Position numbers and translations under genes: made by a program. The notes beneath the pieces are model-generated. The model ran no database searches and was not told where the DNA came from. It worked only from the letters and a program-made list of their open reading frames with translations. This document shows, piece by piece, positions 25,501 through 38,028 of a stretch of DNA of 64,000 bases. Numbering within the stretch: position 1 is the first letter of the stretch; every line of letters starts with the position of its first letter. Origin of the DNA: Dipteris shenzhenensis (lineage: Eukaryota); NCBI GenBank assembly GCA_047967505.1, contig CM106538.1. The stretch is one strand, 5' to 3'.

Positions 25501-26622
25501 AATAAAATATTAAGGCAGAAATCGTTTTTAAAATTTCTAGAGATTTTTAAACCTGCTTTGTTTGAGTTTCTCAGCTTTTAGGGCTTTCTGTTTTTCAATT
25601 AGGGGGTATAGGAAACGTGCTACTGATTTTGGGTTTACTAGCTGGGCTCTCTTGCAGGAAATAGTCAAACGACTTGTAACTACTATAGATGGTGTAATAT
25701 TGAAGGCAACAAAAGTAAACCATACCGAAGATGGTAAAGCATACTGAAGATGATAAATCATACTCAAGGTGATAGAGTCACACACTGAAGGGGACATGGA
25801 CACATTGAAGGTGTCATGGACTCACTGAAGGTGTCATAGCTGTGCCGAAGATAGCACTAAAAATATTATGGTCATGCTGAAGGTGACAAGAGCTATGTCA
25901 AAGATAACATACATGGTGATCAGCCATGATAAGAGCATGCTCCGAATTGTAAATAAGTATGTGCACAAGATTCGTAGAAGATAACCAACCGGGGTGTGAA
26001 GTCTTGTCACAAGAACTCGGACAAAGAAAACTCACAGGTATGGTCAATAAACATCTGATGATAAGAAAAGTAATGAAAATAGGATATCCAATAATGATCC
26101 ATAAATGCAGTCAAGGAAAAGCATAGGTCTGTTATATTAGCAGCCTTTGTCATCCCCCCTTTACTGTGGTAGGACAGTTGGAGAAACAAGGAAGTTGGCT
26201 ATGTAGCCCACCTCCCTATAGTGTAGACAGTGTGTAAACCTGATACCTCCATGTGCTCATGGAACATACTCCCACTCAGGGTCTAGCATCATGTTCTTTG
26301 AGAGAGAGTCTGATCATCAACGATTAGTCATATATTTGGTACTCCATTGTTGGTGAGTATTAAAGCCCTTGTTGCAAGCGTCTCCAAGACTATGTTGCAG
26401 CATGCTCCAATTGACAATTCTATGGGAGGCTTGAAAAGCATTGTGTGATCCGAAATCTAGGCATGTTTGATTTTGTTGAGTCCATGTCATCAACAATGAA
26501 CCCATGGTACCAAGGGATGAAGAACACCAGTTCTAGGTCTGGATAGACAAGTATACCCCTAAACAGTAAGCTTGCCTCAAACTGGAACCCAGTGTCAAGT
26601 AGCCCTTGTGGAAAAAGGAGAT

Positions 26623-26839
26623 CCAGTTGACAGTGGGAATTGAGGATGCTGCCATATAAGCTTCTTTGTAGCAGAAGGGGCTAGCAAGGGCGGAATACAC
26701 ACATAATTTTTTTACAGAATGGGACTAACGAGAGCCGGTTGACGGTGGGAATTGAGGATACTGCCATATGAGCTTCTTTGTAATGGAAGGGGCTAGCAAG
26801 GGCGGAATACACAGATAGCTTTTTTACAGAATGGGACTA
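26623..26839 (+). repeat. Two-copy tandem duplication (~112-bp period)
   Basis: ccagttgacagtgggaattgaggatgctgccat...gaatgggacta repeated at 26623 and 26735. Confidence 0.9.
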
Positions 26840-27149
26840 TACGAGAGTTGGTACTTTAAAATTGGTTCTCAGAGGTTCATGATTCCATGAGCTCAAATGT
26901 TTGCTTTGGACTCGTACCTTAAACGTTCTCGATAATTCTTGTAATTTCCATATTTTGCATGTAAGCTGTTATATGCCATCTTCCTACGATCTTTCCCTCC
27001 TCCCCCTTTTATTCTGATATACAGTGGTATATGCAATAGAGACTTACAATGGTATATGCAACAAAATCCACTTAAGTGTATCTAATTGTGTTGTTATTTG
27101 TGTAGGTCATGTGGCTAGTGGACCTTGCAATAGGAGGTTGCATAACAAG

Positions 27150-27347
27150 ATGGGATTAAAGATGATATGCACTTGCTCAAGTGAGCAGTTTAAAGGTGAT
27201 CAAGATCCAGTGTATGTCATGGCAGCTGAAGAAATGGCAGCTAGTGGCTTGTCAGCAAAGACTATTGAGGGTGAGGCAAAACTTGATGAAGGCAATATTG
27301 AAGAGGCAGAATCTTCTCTTCGTGAGGCTTTATCGCTCAACTTTGAG
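27150..27347 (+). CDS. NPG1: NPG1/NPGR-family calmodulin-binding TPR protein, coding exon 1
   Basis: MGLKMICTCSSEQFK...EAKLDEGNIEEAESSLREALSLNFE, recognised as the NPG1/NPGR N-terminus; acceptor tgtag| at 27105, donor gag|gta at 27348; phase 0; alternative ATG at 27162; exact paralog uncertain. Confidence 0.9.
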
Positions 27348-28131
27348 GTAACTTTTTTTTTTTGGGGTCTTGTGAGACAAAGTCAAGAAAACTGGTTGCT
27401 ACTAATAAAATTTTAAACTAAGACCTTCATATGGAGTTGAGAGATTATGATTTCTTCAGTTTTCATGGAGTATAGTGTATACTTCTTCGCTCATTTTTGA
27501 ACTTGTTGTCCAAGTTGAAATGGGCACCGTTAGTGTTTGAAGATTAAAAATGCTGGTTCCAATATTGCAGACTTGGAGTTGGATTAGATATCATCTAACC
27601 TAATGCATAAATGCGCAAGTTACATTGAGCGAAAGTGATGCCAAAAGGATGTGGATAAAGCAATGACTTTAAAGGCCCTTATGCCATGATATTGACCTTC
27701 AATCGAGGTTATTGATGTGTTCCAATTACATTCTTAGTTGATGAACTTATTGAGGGTATTGAGTCTAGAATGTGTAATTGTGTTGAGTGATGGGATTGCG
27801 ACATGAATGTTGATGATTAGTCAAGATTTTTTCTAACAATTGGAGTTAACATGTTGGGTTTTGTGTGTTACCCTTGGGGATTGTTGGAACTATTGCATCA
27901 AACATTTTAATGAAATTGCTTAAATATAGCCCGAGGGGAAAAAGAAGGTCAACGAGTCGACGCAAGTCTAAAAAATGACTTTAAAGTGGTCATCCTTTAT
28001 GGGCAAATATGCTAAAGCAAGTCTTCCCTCTGCTGTGTGTGTCCTTGTCTGTGCAAACCTGTCTAACTTTGGAATAGGTGTGTGAATCTACAGTGTATGC
28101 ATGCCAGTACTTCTAAGATCACGTGTGGTTG

Positions 28132-29217
28132 TGTTAGAAAATAGGAGGAAATGAATCACTCAAACCTCCACCCAAGATCTCTCCAACTCTTACACACTCA
28201 ACTCAGATAGATGATCACAGATGCAAGTAACACACACTCAGAAATAAATGTAGACGGAGAGAGAGAGAGTATATTCATCCACCGGATGGTGGGCAGAAAA
28301 ATAGCTCCGAGGGAGCAGTACAAAACACAGCAGAGTGCTGGAGAAAACTGATGGACTCTCTCTCTCACAAACTGCCCTAGATCTGAGTGCTGAACACAGC
28401 CTTGGAGAGGGGCTTTCAGTTTCGCACTGGATGCTGGGCTGAATGGAGAAGTGAGCCTTTTATAGGCTCTGCCCAGGCCCCTTCAGATGACCGACCAGCA
28501 GGGTCGGTACCCTGTCTGGTGGCCGACCACATGGGCCTCATAAACCGACCAGGGTTGGCCTTGGTTGGGCCGACTTGTCCAGCCACAGGCCCTTATATAA
28601 GGTCGCCGTGGGTGGCCAGTCAGTGCTGCTCCTAGTGCCTCCATGTGAGGCCTAGAGCCCCTTTTATTCCTGCTGTTGCAGATTGCGACCAGCCCGTGTG
28701 CTGGTCGCCTATATTTGCCATGGTATCCTTCCTCCGGTTCTGGCCTGAGTCTCTCTGCCAGCCCTCCTACCTCTCACTGCCCCTTGTCCCCTCAAATCGG
28801 GGGCTCATTGGTGGGCACAGTGAGAATCTAACACCCCCTCTCAATGTCACAACTGTGGGCGAATCCCCATTCGTCTGATGAGGTGCTCCATCTGTTCTCG
28901 AGGGAGTGTTTTCGTGAAAAGGTCGGACAAGTTGTCGGCGGTCGGGCGGTACATGAGCTCGATCATGTCGTCGATGATGAGTTCTCGAACAAAGTGGTAA
29001 TGAACTTCAATGTTCTTGGTCCGCGCATGGTACACTGGATTCTTGGCAATGGCTATGCAACTCTGATTGTCGCACATCAGCACTGTTGTGGTCTCCTGAC
29101 ACACGTCCATGTCCTCCAGAATCCACCTCAACCACAGTGTCTCACAAGCTGCTGTACACGCGGCTCTGTACTTTGCCTCTGTAGATGAAAGGGCCACTTT
29201 GGGTATTGCTTCTTACT
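28132..29217 (-). mobile_element. Copia 3' end (RNase H end, PPT, 702-bp LTR 28132-28833); left arm of a foldback
   Basis: ALSSTEAKY..CDNQSCIAIAKNPVYHARTKNIEVHYHFVRE..DLFTK; LTR TG...CA on minus. Confidence 0.92.
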
Positions 29218-29262
29218 CAGCCAAGAGATGGAAGTAATACCCAAGAGATGGCACTAGATGCA

Positions 29263-30384
29263 AGTAAGAAGCAATACCCACAATAGCCCTTTCATCTACA
29301 GAGGCAGAGTACACAGCAGCTTGTGAGACACTGTGGTTGAGGTGGATTCTGGAGGACATGGACGTGTGTTAGGAGACCGCAACAGTGCTGATGTGTGACA
29401 ATCAGAGTTGCATAGCCATTGCCAAGAATCCAGTGTACCATGCGCGGACCAAGAACATTGAAGTTCATTACCACTTTGTTCGAGAACTCATCATCGACGA
29501 CATGATCGAGCTCATGTACCACCCGACCGCCGACAACTTGTCCGACCTTTTCACGAAGGCACTCCCTCGAGAACAGATGGAGCACCTCATCAGACGAATG
29601 GGGATTCGCCCACAGTTGTGACATTGAGGGGGGGTGTTAGATTCTCATTGTGCCCACCAGTGAGCCCCCGATTTGAGGGGACAAGGGGCAGTGAGAGGTA
29701 GGAGGGCTGGCAGAGAGACTCAGGCCAGAACCGGAGGAAGGATACCATGGCAAATATAGGCGACCAGCACACGGACTGGTCGCAATCTGCAACAGCAGGA
29801 ATAAAAGGGGCTCTAGGCCTCACATGGAGGCACCAGGAGCAGCACTGACTGGCCACCCAGGGCGACCTTATATAAGGGCCTGTGGCTGGACAAGTCGGCC
29901 CAACCAGGGCCACCGACTAGGGCCAACCTTGGTCGGTTTATGAGGCCAACCTTGGTCAGTTTATGAGGCCCATGTGGTCGGCCACCAGACAAGGTACCGA
30001 CCCTGCTGGTCGGTCATCTGAAGGGGCCTGGGCAGAGCCTATAAAAGGCCCACTTCTCCATTCAGCCCAGCATCCAGTGCGAAACTGAAAGCCCCTCTCC
30101 AAGGCTGTGTTCAGCACTCAGATCGGGGGCAGGTTGTGAGAGAGAGAGTCCATCAGTTTTCTCTTGTATTCTGCTATGTTTTGTACTGCTCCCTTGGAGC
30201 TATTTTTTTGCCCACCATCCGGTGGATGAATATACTCTCTCTCTCTCCGTCTACATTTATTTCTGAGTGTGTGTTACTTGCATATGTGATCATCTATCTG
30301 AGTTGAGTGTGTAAGAGTTGGAGAGATCTTGGGTGGAGGTTTGAGTGATTCATTCCCTCCTATTTTCTAACATGGTATCAGAGC
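29263..30384 (+). mobile_element. Copia 3' end (RNase H end, PPT, 738-bp LTR 29635-30372, then a PBS); right arm of a foldback
   Basis: Reverse-complement copy of 28132-29217; tgagggggggg PPT, tgttag...ctaaca LTR, tggtatcagagc at 30373-30384. Confidence 0.92.
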
Positions 30385-30439
30385 TCTGGGGGCCTGTTTC
30401 AGCCCGTATAATGCCTTCTTCAACCTGCAAACTTTTAAT

Positions 30440-33400
30440 GGGGACCCTTTATATTGAAAGCACGGTGGCTGCTCTACGTATACCTCCTCCTCCAGGGTTC
30501 CATTAAGGAATGCGGACTTCACGACATGACCTCTTCATTGTAGTATGCTACTTCCCTTCTGAGACCTTATACAGTGCCAGAGATCTACATGAGGAGGTTG
30601 AACTTCATCGTATGCAGCTCTTCATTCGGACATCATGGATTTCTTAAGTCCTCCTTGTTCGGGACTTCAACACAAGGACATGTATATGTCAGGTATCACT
30701 TCTAGATCTTTGAGATGAGTCTTTTCTTTTGCCAGATGAGACAAGGATATCCGGAGTATCTGCGGACAGGTGAGTGCTAGTCACATCTTAACGGCACACT
30801 TTCTTGGACATAGGTAGGATACATGACCTGGTCATTATAATGGTCTGGACCGATGGCGCTCCAAGGGTGGATTCACTTGCTTTCTACACGGGGGAGGGGC
30901 TCTAGTGTCGTTAACTACCTCATGGGATTCCCTACCTTCGCCCCGCATATCACCGACTTCTCTATCTCTCCACCACCATGAGGAGCTGACCACACTTGTC
31001 TTTTTTTTAGTATATCCATTCCTTGCCATACGGCAAACACCATGACACCGTCCACACACTTCTATCATGACATCCACTTTGATTATAGCCTCTCCTCTGT
31101 GTACTCAGCATGCCTTTTCACATTACTCATAGATCTTGAGGGCATCCCGATCCTAGAAGATTGAGCCGCTCTAATCACTTGCTCCCTCCACGAGGCCGCA
31201 TTGCACACTTTTGCACAGAGCATCCTCTCTACTCACCCGCCACCCCTTGGCTCAGTACCTTGCAATAGTTGGTACGATGATGAGTGTAAGGCTTCATGCC
31301 ACCAACTCAGATTGAGACCAAGTATCACCCTCCGAGTAAGGTAGAGATGATACGCTAGTATTGCGGCTTTGTTCGTCGAAAGAAGCATGCTTTCATTTGC
31401 TAAATAAAATGCTTATAAATATCTAGTTTAGTAACAACTCTAAGGACATCACACTTGGCACTCTTATGCGCACACAGCGTAAGACATTTCTCACCAACCA
31501 TCTCTTACACATTGCTTATCGCTAGTTGCGTCAAACATGCAGCGTTGAAGCTCCATAAAGGCTGGGTGAAGGATCACGAGGGACTACGTTATGAATATAG
31601 TGCATATGGAATAAGTACTATGCCATGATCTTCAAAGCTTGTCAATGAAGTGGATTGCACTGGTTTCCCCATTGCCAAGATCTATGCATCAATGTTGACA
31701 CGCATGCTAGCCAGTTTGCAGAGCTCATGGGACTGAGAGCCAATGGGTAGGTAGGCTTCCGAGTGGTTTATTGACTCTGGATCACATCCTCACACTTAGA
31801 GGTGTCATTGAGGAGGCCAGGGAATAGAGAGTGAGGTTTTATTTGCTTTGTGAATTTTGGTAAGGCTTTTGATACAATGCTGAGAGCTTGCCTCATCACA
31901 TGCTTGCAGGATTTGGTATGGTTAGGAGACCATTTGGGCAGTCGTAACACTCTATGAGAGGGTCTCAGGTAGGGTTCAGACTGCTACAGGATGGACAGAG
32001 GAGATCAGAAGCACTATTGGGATCAAACAAGGTTATCCGCTATCAACAACCCTGTTTGGCCTCTACAACGTCGAGCTTGAGACCTTCATTAGGACACTAG
32101 GGGGGGTTAGGCTGCTCTCTCGCCGACTCCTTGATTTAGTTTCTCTTGTATGTAGAAAATGTCATGTTACTCTCCTCCTTAGTTGAGGGTCTTGAGCAAC
32201 ACTTGGATACATGCCATATCTTTTGCGAGACACATGATTTGAAGGTCCACCTTGGTTTTGATCTTCAACACATCCTGGGCAGCCATGCACAGAGAGCAGC
32301 TCACATTGGATAGATTATTGGTGGAGGTCGTTGCATCCTACACATACTTAAGGGGCTCTTTTCTATGGCCCAATTTTCACAATTCGACGAGTGATGGAGG
32401 TACCCCATGGAGTAGGGGAGACACCCCACTTGCTATACTTGAGTGGCGATGCTTTCACTCTCATTTCTAGGATCCCCAGGCCTCTTTGACAAGGTCTATA
32501 TCATCTCCAAGTAGGGCTGGAAGCTCTCTAGCTGATTGACACTGGGTCGAGGACACGGTCAAAGTGGATTTGGGTATGGACAGGCGTGGGAGGAGCTCTC
32601 CTCGTGGATGGCGTAGTAGCAGAGATACTGAAGGCTAGGTATGAGTGGTCAGCTCCGAGTGGGGGAGGGGGTATAGTGAGGTTGTGTATCTGTGAGGCAA
32701 AGGCTAATGGGCCCAGTAGGTAGTCCACTGTACTTGTTCCACCGCCATGTGGGAAACAAGTGAGTCTTCCAGATGATGGCCATCTCTGAAGATCATTATA
32801 GATGATGAGGTCATGGACTGCCCCAACTCAAGTAAATGTCTCCCGTATCCTGTCACATGTGGGGCATCCGCGGAGTGTCTTAGTATCTCGAGCTCTGCTG
32901 CATCTAGCTCCGGAACCTGTGGGGATCTCTCTCATATGCAAAGTCTAGCAGGCCCACTTGTTTATCTCCTGTCCTTGCATTGAAGTCCCCGAGAATGTCA
33001 TGTATCGACTCATATGGGCTGTGTGCCTTTGTAGTGGCCTCGCGTGCATATGATGACGTGTTTGGGTGGAAGTAGCACACTGCAATGAAGATCGGTCGGG
33101 CATCTGGTAGCTGGACTTGTATCCTCACATGGCATGCATGCTTCTCTCTTCGTACCACATATATGAGTGGTCTCAGGTGTGTTTTAAAAAGGGAAGCCAC
33201 GTCCCCAGAGCTTCGTACCCCACTATCTCTCCTCAATTCCCTCCTCCTTGGTTCACCCGATGGGCATGTATGGCAGCCCTTGTTGGGAGGATGATTTATC
33301 AGAGGTGGATTGGGTCCTAGTACAGAGGCTTCTGGTTTTCTTATTGTCACGGATTCCGGTTGAGTTTGGGGCATCTCCACTACAGCTTGACAACATACTA

Positions 33401-34294
33401 CATAGACCTCTATCGAGTCAGGTGATCACATACCTCTATTGAGTTAGGGATTATGGCTCATTGACCTTAGGCCGACGCAAGTTAACATGCATGGCCTTAT
33501 TCTCATTCATGACCTCTACACTTGAGGGCGATTAGTGATGTTGGTACGCACATACATACAGATGGTTTGAGAGTCTGGGGCTTCACATGGATAGATTACC
33601 CGCCTTTCAGTATAGCCTTGAGGTCCCATTCTGTTCTCACTTATCACGAGGCTAACTAGTTTATCCAGGAGGGTCTTGTATAGCTACACACATTAAAGAC
33701 TTGGTTAGCCCCTAGGAGCTTTGAGTGAAGCTCGGCTTCTATAGGGATCACTGCTTACAATATCAGAGAAGGCTACACATTATCTAGAGGAGCACTTTGC
33801 TTTCAGATGCCCTATGTACTTTCAGATCCAAGGTCGTTGCCATTGTCTTTTGAGGGCCACTCTTGCTCTCAAATCAGAGATGTTTGGCGACTTTCATTCA
33901 TGAGGTCATATGACACATAGACCAGCTGCTCAAGGCACATAGACGAGATCGAGCTAGATTCACATGTGGACGGGTCTGTCATATCTCTTGCTCTAGGCCT
34001 CGGCTACGCTGTCTCCCTAGGGCCCAGCTAAGAGACCACGTCACACCACATTACACTAGTTGTTGCCAGTGCTCTATCACAGTTTTATACTGTCACAGCC
34101 CTGTTCATCAATGCTTCCTTGTGTGGACTTGACTCATCTGCGCCAGCTTTAATGTTTATGTTGCACTTGTCTTGGGGTGTAAATGCCTGCATAGAGGCTC
34201 CACCCATTCAGCTCATTGTATGTGGTTTTTTAGTCTCATAGAGCCTTTAGTCTTCTAAAGATTTTTTGAATTTTCTTTTTTTCTCTCACCCTCC

Positions 34295-34350
<56 letters not shown>
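30440..34350 (+). mobile_element. Degenerate RTE/RTE-X-like LINE (endonuclease and RT remnants), same family as 60050-64000
   Basis: acttgctttctacacgggggagg, ttggtacgatgatgagtgtaagg, gtgtcattgaggaggccag, gggatcaaacaaggtt parallel the 62540-63870 copy; ends near (CT)n at 34308-34349. Confidence 0.75.
32525..33270 (-). mobile_element. Inverted LINE endonuclease fragment embedded in the + strand LINE
   Basis: GVRSSGDVASLFK, IFIAVCYFHPNTS, ILGDFNARTG, TCFPHGGGTSTVDYLLG; homologous to 62040-62590. Confidence 0.8.
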
Positions 34351-34353
<3 letters not shown>

Positions 34354-34904
34354 CTTCTTTGTTAGCTTCCTTTTTCGTTGTCTTAGTTTTTTTGGTTTGG
34401 GTTGGGATTTTATAGCTTAGTAAGCATTGAGTTCACCCAAGAGATTCTGAAATCTTCCGAAACCCAGATGCTTGGTTACACATGAGAACATGAACGTAGC
34501 TTTTCTTACTAAGAAGGGAGACTCCAATCAGAAGAACTATCCTGTTTAAGGTGTAGGGGAGTTCTTTGGTGCTTGTCGTAGACCCTCTCGCCAAGCCTAA
34601 AGAATATCTATCTCATATCTCCTCTATACGTTGTCTTGTCCCTCCTATGTGCATCAAGCACTAAGGGGCTCCTCTACTTGCAGAGCTAATTGGCTCCAAA
34701 AATTAAAGTAGATTGAGGATTGCATTTGCTGATGAGAGATTTTGAGAATCCTATTTTAATTGATCAGTGATACGGTTAAAAGTTACCTTAAAGTTGGCCT
34801 TACTCTTGTAGGAGGGAGGCCACAGAGTGAATGAATAGGGTTATAGTACGGAATACATGTTATTTTAAATAGTGGATTGATTTGTGAGGATGGGGCTGTA
34901 GATA

Positions 34905-35101
34905 TAGATTCTATCCAACCCCGCCAGTACACGAATTTGCAAGCTTAAGTCCTATTGCTACTCTAGAGGACCATCTTAAGGTCAATCAGTAAAGTCAAAT
35001 GTGCAGTAGATTCTATCCAACCCAGCTAGTACATGAATCTGCAAGCATAAATCCTATTGTTATGCTAGAGGACCATCTTAAGGTCAATCAGTAAAGTCAA
35101 A
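34905..35101 (+). repeat. Two-copy tandem duplication (~102-bp period)
   Basis: tagattctatccaaccc...gaggaccatcttaaggtcaatcagtaaagtcaaa occurs twice. Confidence 0.9.
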
Positions 35102-35418
35102 GGATCAATTTTTGTGACATAAGGTAGCTTTATTAACCTTAATATCAAGGGGAAATAAGCAGGCCTTTAAACCAAGATGATAAGTATTGGAGCTTTCCAA
35201 GGACATCTAAGCTACCAGTAATTGGAGAGGAGAATATTTTTATCCAAGGATAATCCAACCTTGGATGTTTATTGGCTTATGGTTTCTTCTTTATATTACA
35301 GCATGAAAAACGTCTGTGCAATTTTTTTGGCATTTTGTTGTAACAAACACAGAGAAGGTTTTTTCTATATTTATCACCATAATAAAATAGAAAAGTTTCT
35401 GAGATGTTATCTGTACAG

Positions 35419-35671
35419 GAGGCTCGAGCCCTTCTAGGAAGACTTGAGTACCAGAGGGGTAATGTGGAAGCAGCATTGCAAGTTTTTGATGGGATAGATA
35501 TCAGCACTGTGAAATTTCGTATGAAATCTTCCATCACAAGCAAGGGGTATCATCGGAAAGGCAGATCAAAGTATGACCTTACGCAGCCATTATCTCTACA
35601 TGCAGCCAGTCTGCTTCTTGAGGCTATTTACCTAAAAGCTAAATCATTGCAGAAGCTGGGCCGCTTGATAG
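35419..35671 (+). CDS. NPG1: NPG1/NPGR-family protein, coding exon 2
   Basis: EARALLGRLEYQRGNVEAALQVFDGID...SLHAASLLLEAIYLKAKSLQKLGRL; ctgtacag| acceptor and g|gtatg donor; joins exon 1 in phase 0 and exon 3 in phase 1. Confidence 0.93.
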
Positions 35672-36405
35672 GTATGCAATTAGTAGAGATGGAAGTTTTA
35701 CTGGATTTATTGTGTACTGAGTATGATGCTGTTTTATAAGCATTGTTGCATTTTCACATAAAACTAGCACGTCTGTTTTAATCTTTTCTTTTTGAGTGAA
35801 ACATTGTGTCATTGTCTTATCTGTTTGGACTCTTCAATAATGCCATCTAACAAGAGGATTGGTGGCACAAGGCAATACAATAATATAAATGTGGCTTACA
35901 GTCATGAAAGGTCTTACTGTGGATCTTCCTGAAGTGTTGGGATTCTGCTAACAGAAAAGGGTAGTGAAGTTTGTGCATTAGCGATGCTCAAAGTACATCG
36001 TAGATGTCAAGCCCCTGAGTTCAGAGTTAACAGATCTGCGTGACTATATGCATGTGTAATGCAAAAGTCCCAGACTTGTTAAATAACAGAGCATTACAAA
36101 GGTGCAGCAAAGTTGCAATGTAGGGAAGGTTTTTGAGAAGCAAGGGTGTCCGAATAATTGCCATCTATGGTCTTTGCCATGTATTACTGCTGTGACCTGT
36201 TGCCCTGAACAATAATGTCTGATTGTTAAGCTACATTTAAACAACTATGTAATGTAGCATGGTAGTACAGCTTGGGGATGGCATGCCCAATTTGAAATTT
36301 TGTGGTTCCCAAGGACTAATTTGGCTTTTTTTGGGGGGGTACCTTGTATATAAAACTATGGGGCAGATGTCGGGGTTTGTAATCATGGTTTATCATGGTC
36401 GGGGT

Positions 36406-36740
36406 TTCTCCTTTCGTGCTAGCCTTCGTCATGGCTGAGTCTGCCCTTCACCTCCGGAGTGCCAACAGAAACTCAGCACGAAGACTTTGTATAAATGGAT
36501 GCTCAAGTATGTGTGGGTGTGTGGATTTGTATGTGTGAGAGCATATTTTTATACTATGGTCTACACCCACTGTTGGGCGCTGATGACGTTAGTGGGGATG
36601 TCATAGTAGCTAGTCCCTGCTATGCATGATGGAGTTTATGGTTTTCAACCTTGTGAGTGACTATCATGAGATTGAAACTGCACTATGTTGTGTTTTTAGG
36701 GATGAGTTTGGGAATGTTCCCGGATTCATCTAGGTATATG
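36406..36740 (+). repeat. Hairpin-rich repeat family, copy B
   Basis: Colinear with 38041-38375; ends at ggattcatctaggtatatg. Confidence 0.9.
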
Positions 36741-36914
36741 GTTTACATGATTAGGTCTTTGTCACATTATAAAGCAGGATGTTAATATGCCAAATGCAAA
36801 ATTTTTATGAATGCTTAGAAGTGTAGTGGCTAGATAATCTACACAAGAATATATAACTAGGTTGGGTAGGCCACCTTTGGACTAAGTAAAAGACTAGACT
36901 CCATCAACAAAGCC

Positions 36915-37092
36915 CAAGAGACTCCGTGGGTCTTTAGAAACCCAGTATAGCGGCTTATGCTTGGGCATTAATGACGACATAAGTGTTGCTTTGCTTGCTA
37001 AGTATGTCTTCCTTTTGTTTTTTATAAAAGTTTTTGTTTACCTCTTTTTTCTTCTCTTTTATTGGACTTATTCTAGTCTTACAAAGGTATAT
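36915..37092 (+). repeat. Unclassified ~180-bp dispersed repeat; inverted copy at 51562-51803
   Basis: gggtctttagaaaccc...tgctttgcttgctaagtatgtcttcc...attggacttattctagtcttacaaaggtatat is reverse-complemented at 51562-51803. Confidence 0.85.
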
Positions 37093-38028
37093 ATCCATCA
37101 ACAAAGCATAAACATGAGAAAGAAAAGAGATAATAACTGCTTCATGTAAAAATCTTCTGATTATAATTTAATACAAATACCTATATAATATTGTGACATG
37201 GACTATAACCATACGAATTGGACCACCCTTCGATCTTGCATCCGACTTGGCTATCTCTGCTGTTGATTCACGAATCTTCCCTTGCATCGAGAACATGCAT
37301 CAACATAGAGGAATGTTGTAAGAATTTAGATTGAAGTAAAGATATCTAAGGCAAGGAAGCAATTAAAAATATTTCTATTATAATACATAATATAATTGTT
37401 ATAACCATACATATTGTGGGTGGGGAGTTGGCACGCTTATTCCCCAAGAATTATAATCCGAGGGAATGGGCCTTGGGCATCAGAGATTGAGAACATAGAG
37501 AATATTAGCATCACGAATAAATCTTGTGAACGGATAAGATACAATTATATTACTTGAATGCCAATAGTTGTATCTGTATTGCAAGTCTGAAAATCAATAT
37601 CTTGCATGCTCTAGTCACTTTGATCTCTTTTGGACTTAGGAGATAGTTTCAACAATCTTGCAACATTATGCAATTGCTTGGTGATGCTCACAACCGAACT
37701 GGCTGGTCGCAAGGATTTGGAAGCCACACTGAAGTAGTATTCAGCACTTGCCTCTTGGAGAAGAGGCTACATTGGTTGCCTGAACATGAGGTGAGGCGAT
37801 TGAAGACTAAACAAATCAGCGATGTCAACACCTCTCCTCTCTTGTAGAATTACAGGAGTCTCACTCCTAGCACGCGTTTCTGAGGCAAATAGGGATATTC
37901 GCTATTCTTGCAAAGAAATCCAGCATGTTGAAAGCACAATGGGTTTGCTTCTGCTCATGCTTGTGATTTGTCAAGCTAAAATGACCGACCGCACTAATTC
38001 AAATTGTTTAAACACTCATATAGATACC

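Noticed and set aside
24365-26300. Further retroelement UTR or LTR remnants
   Set aside because: Looks TE-like (short tgaaggtgtcat repeats) but no defensible termini, PBS or coding motif
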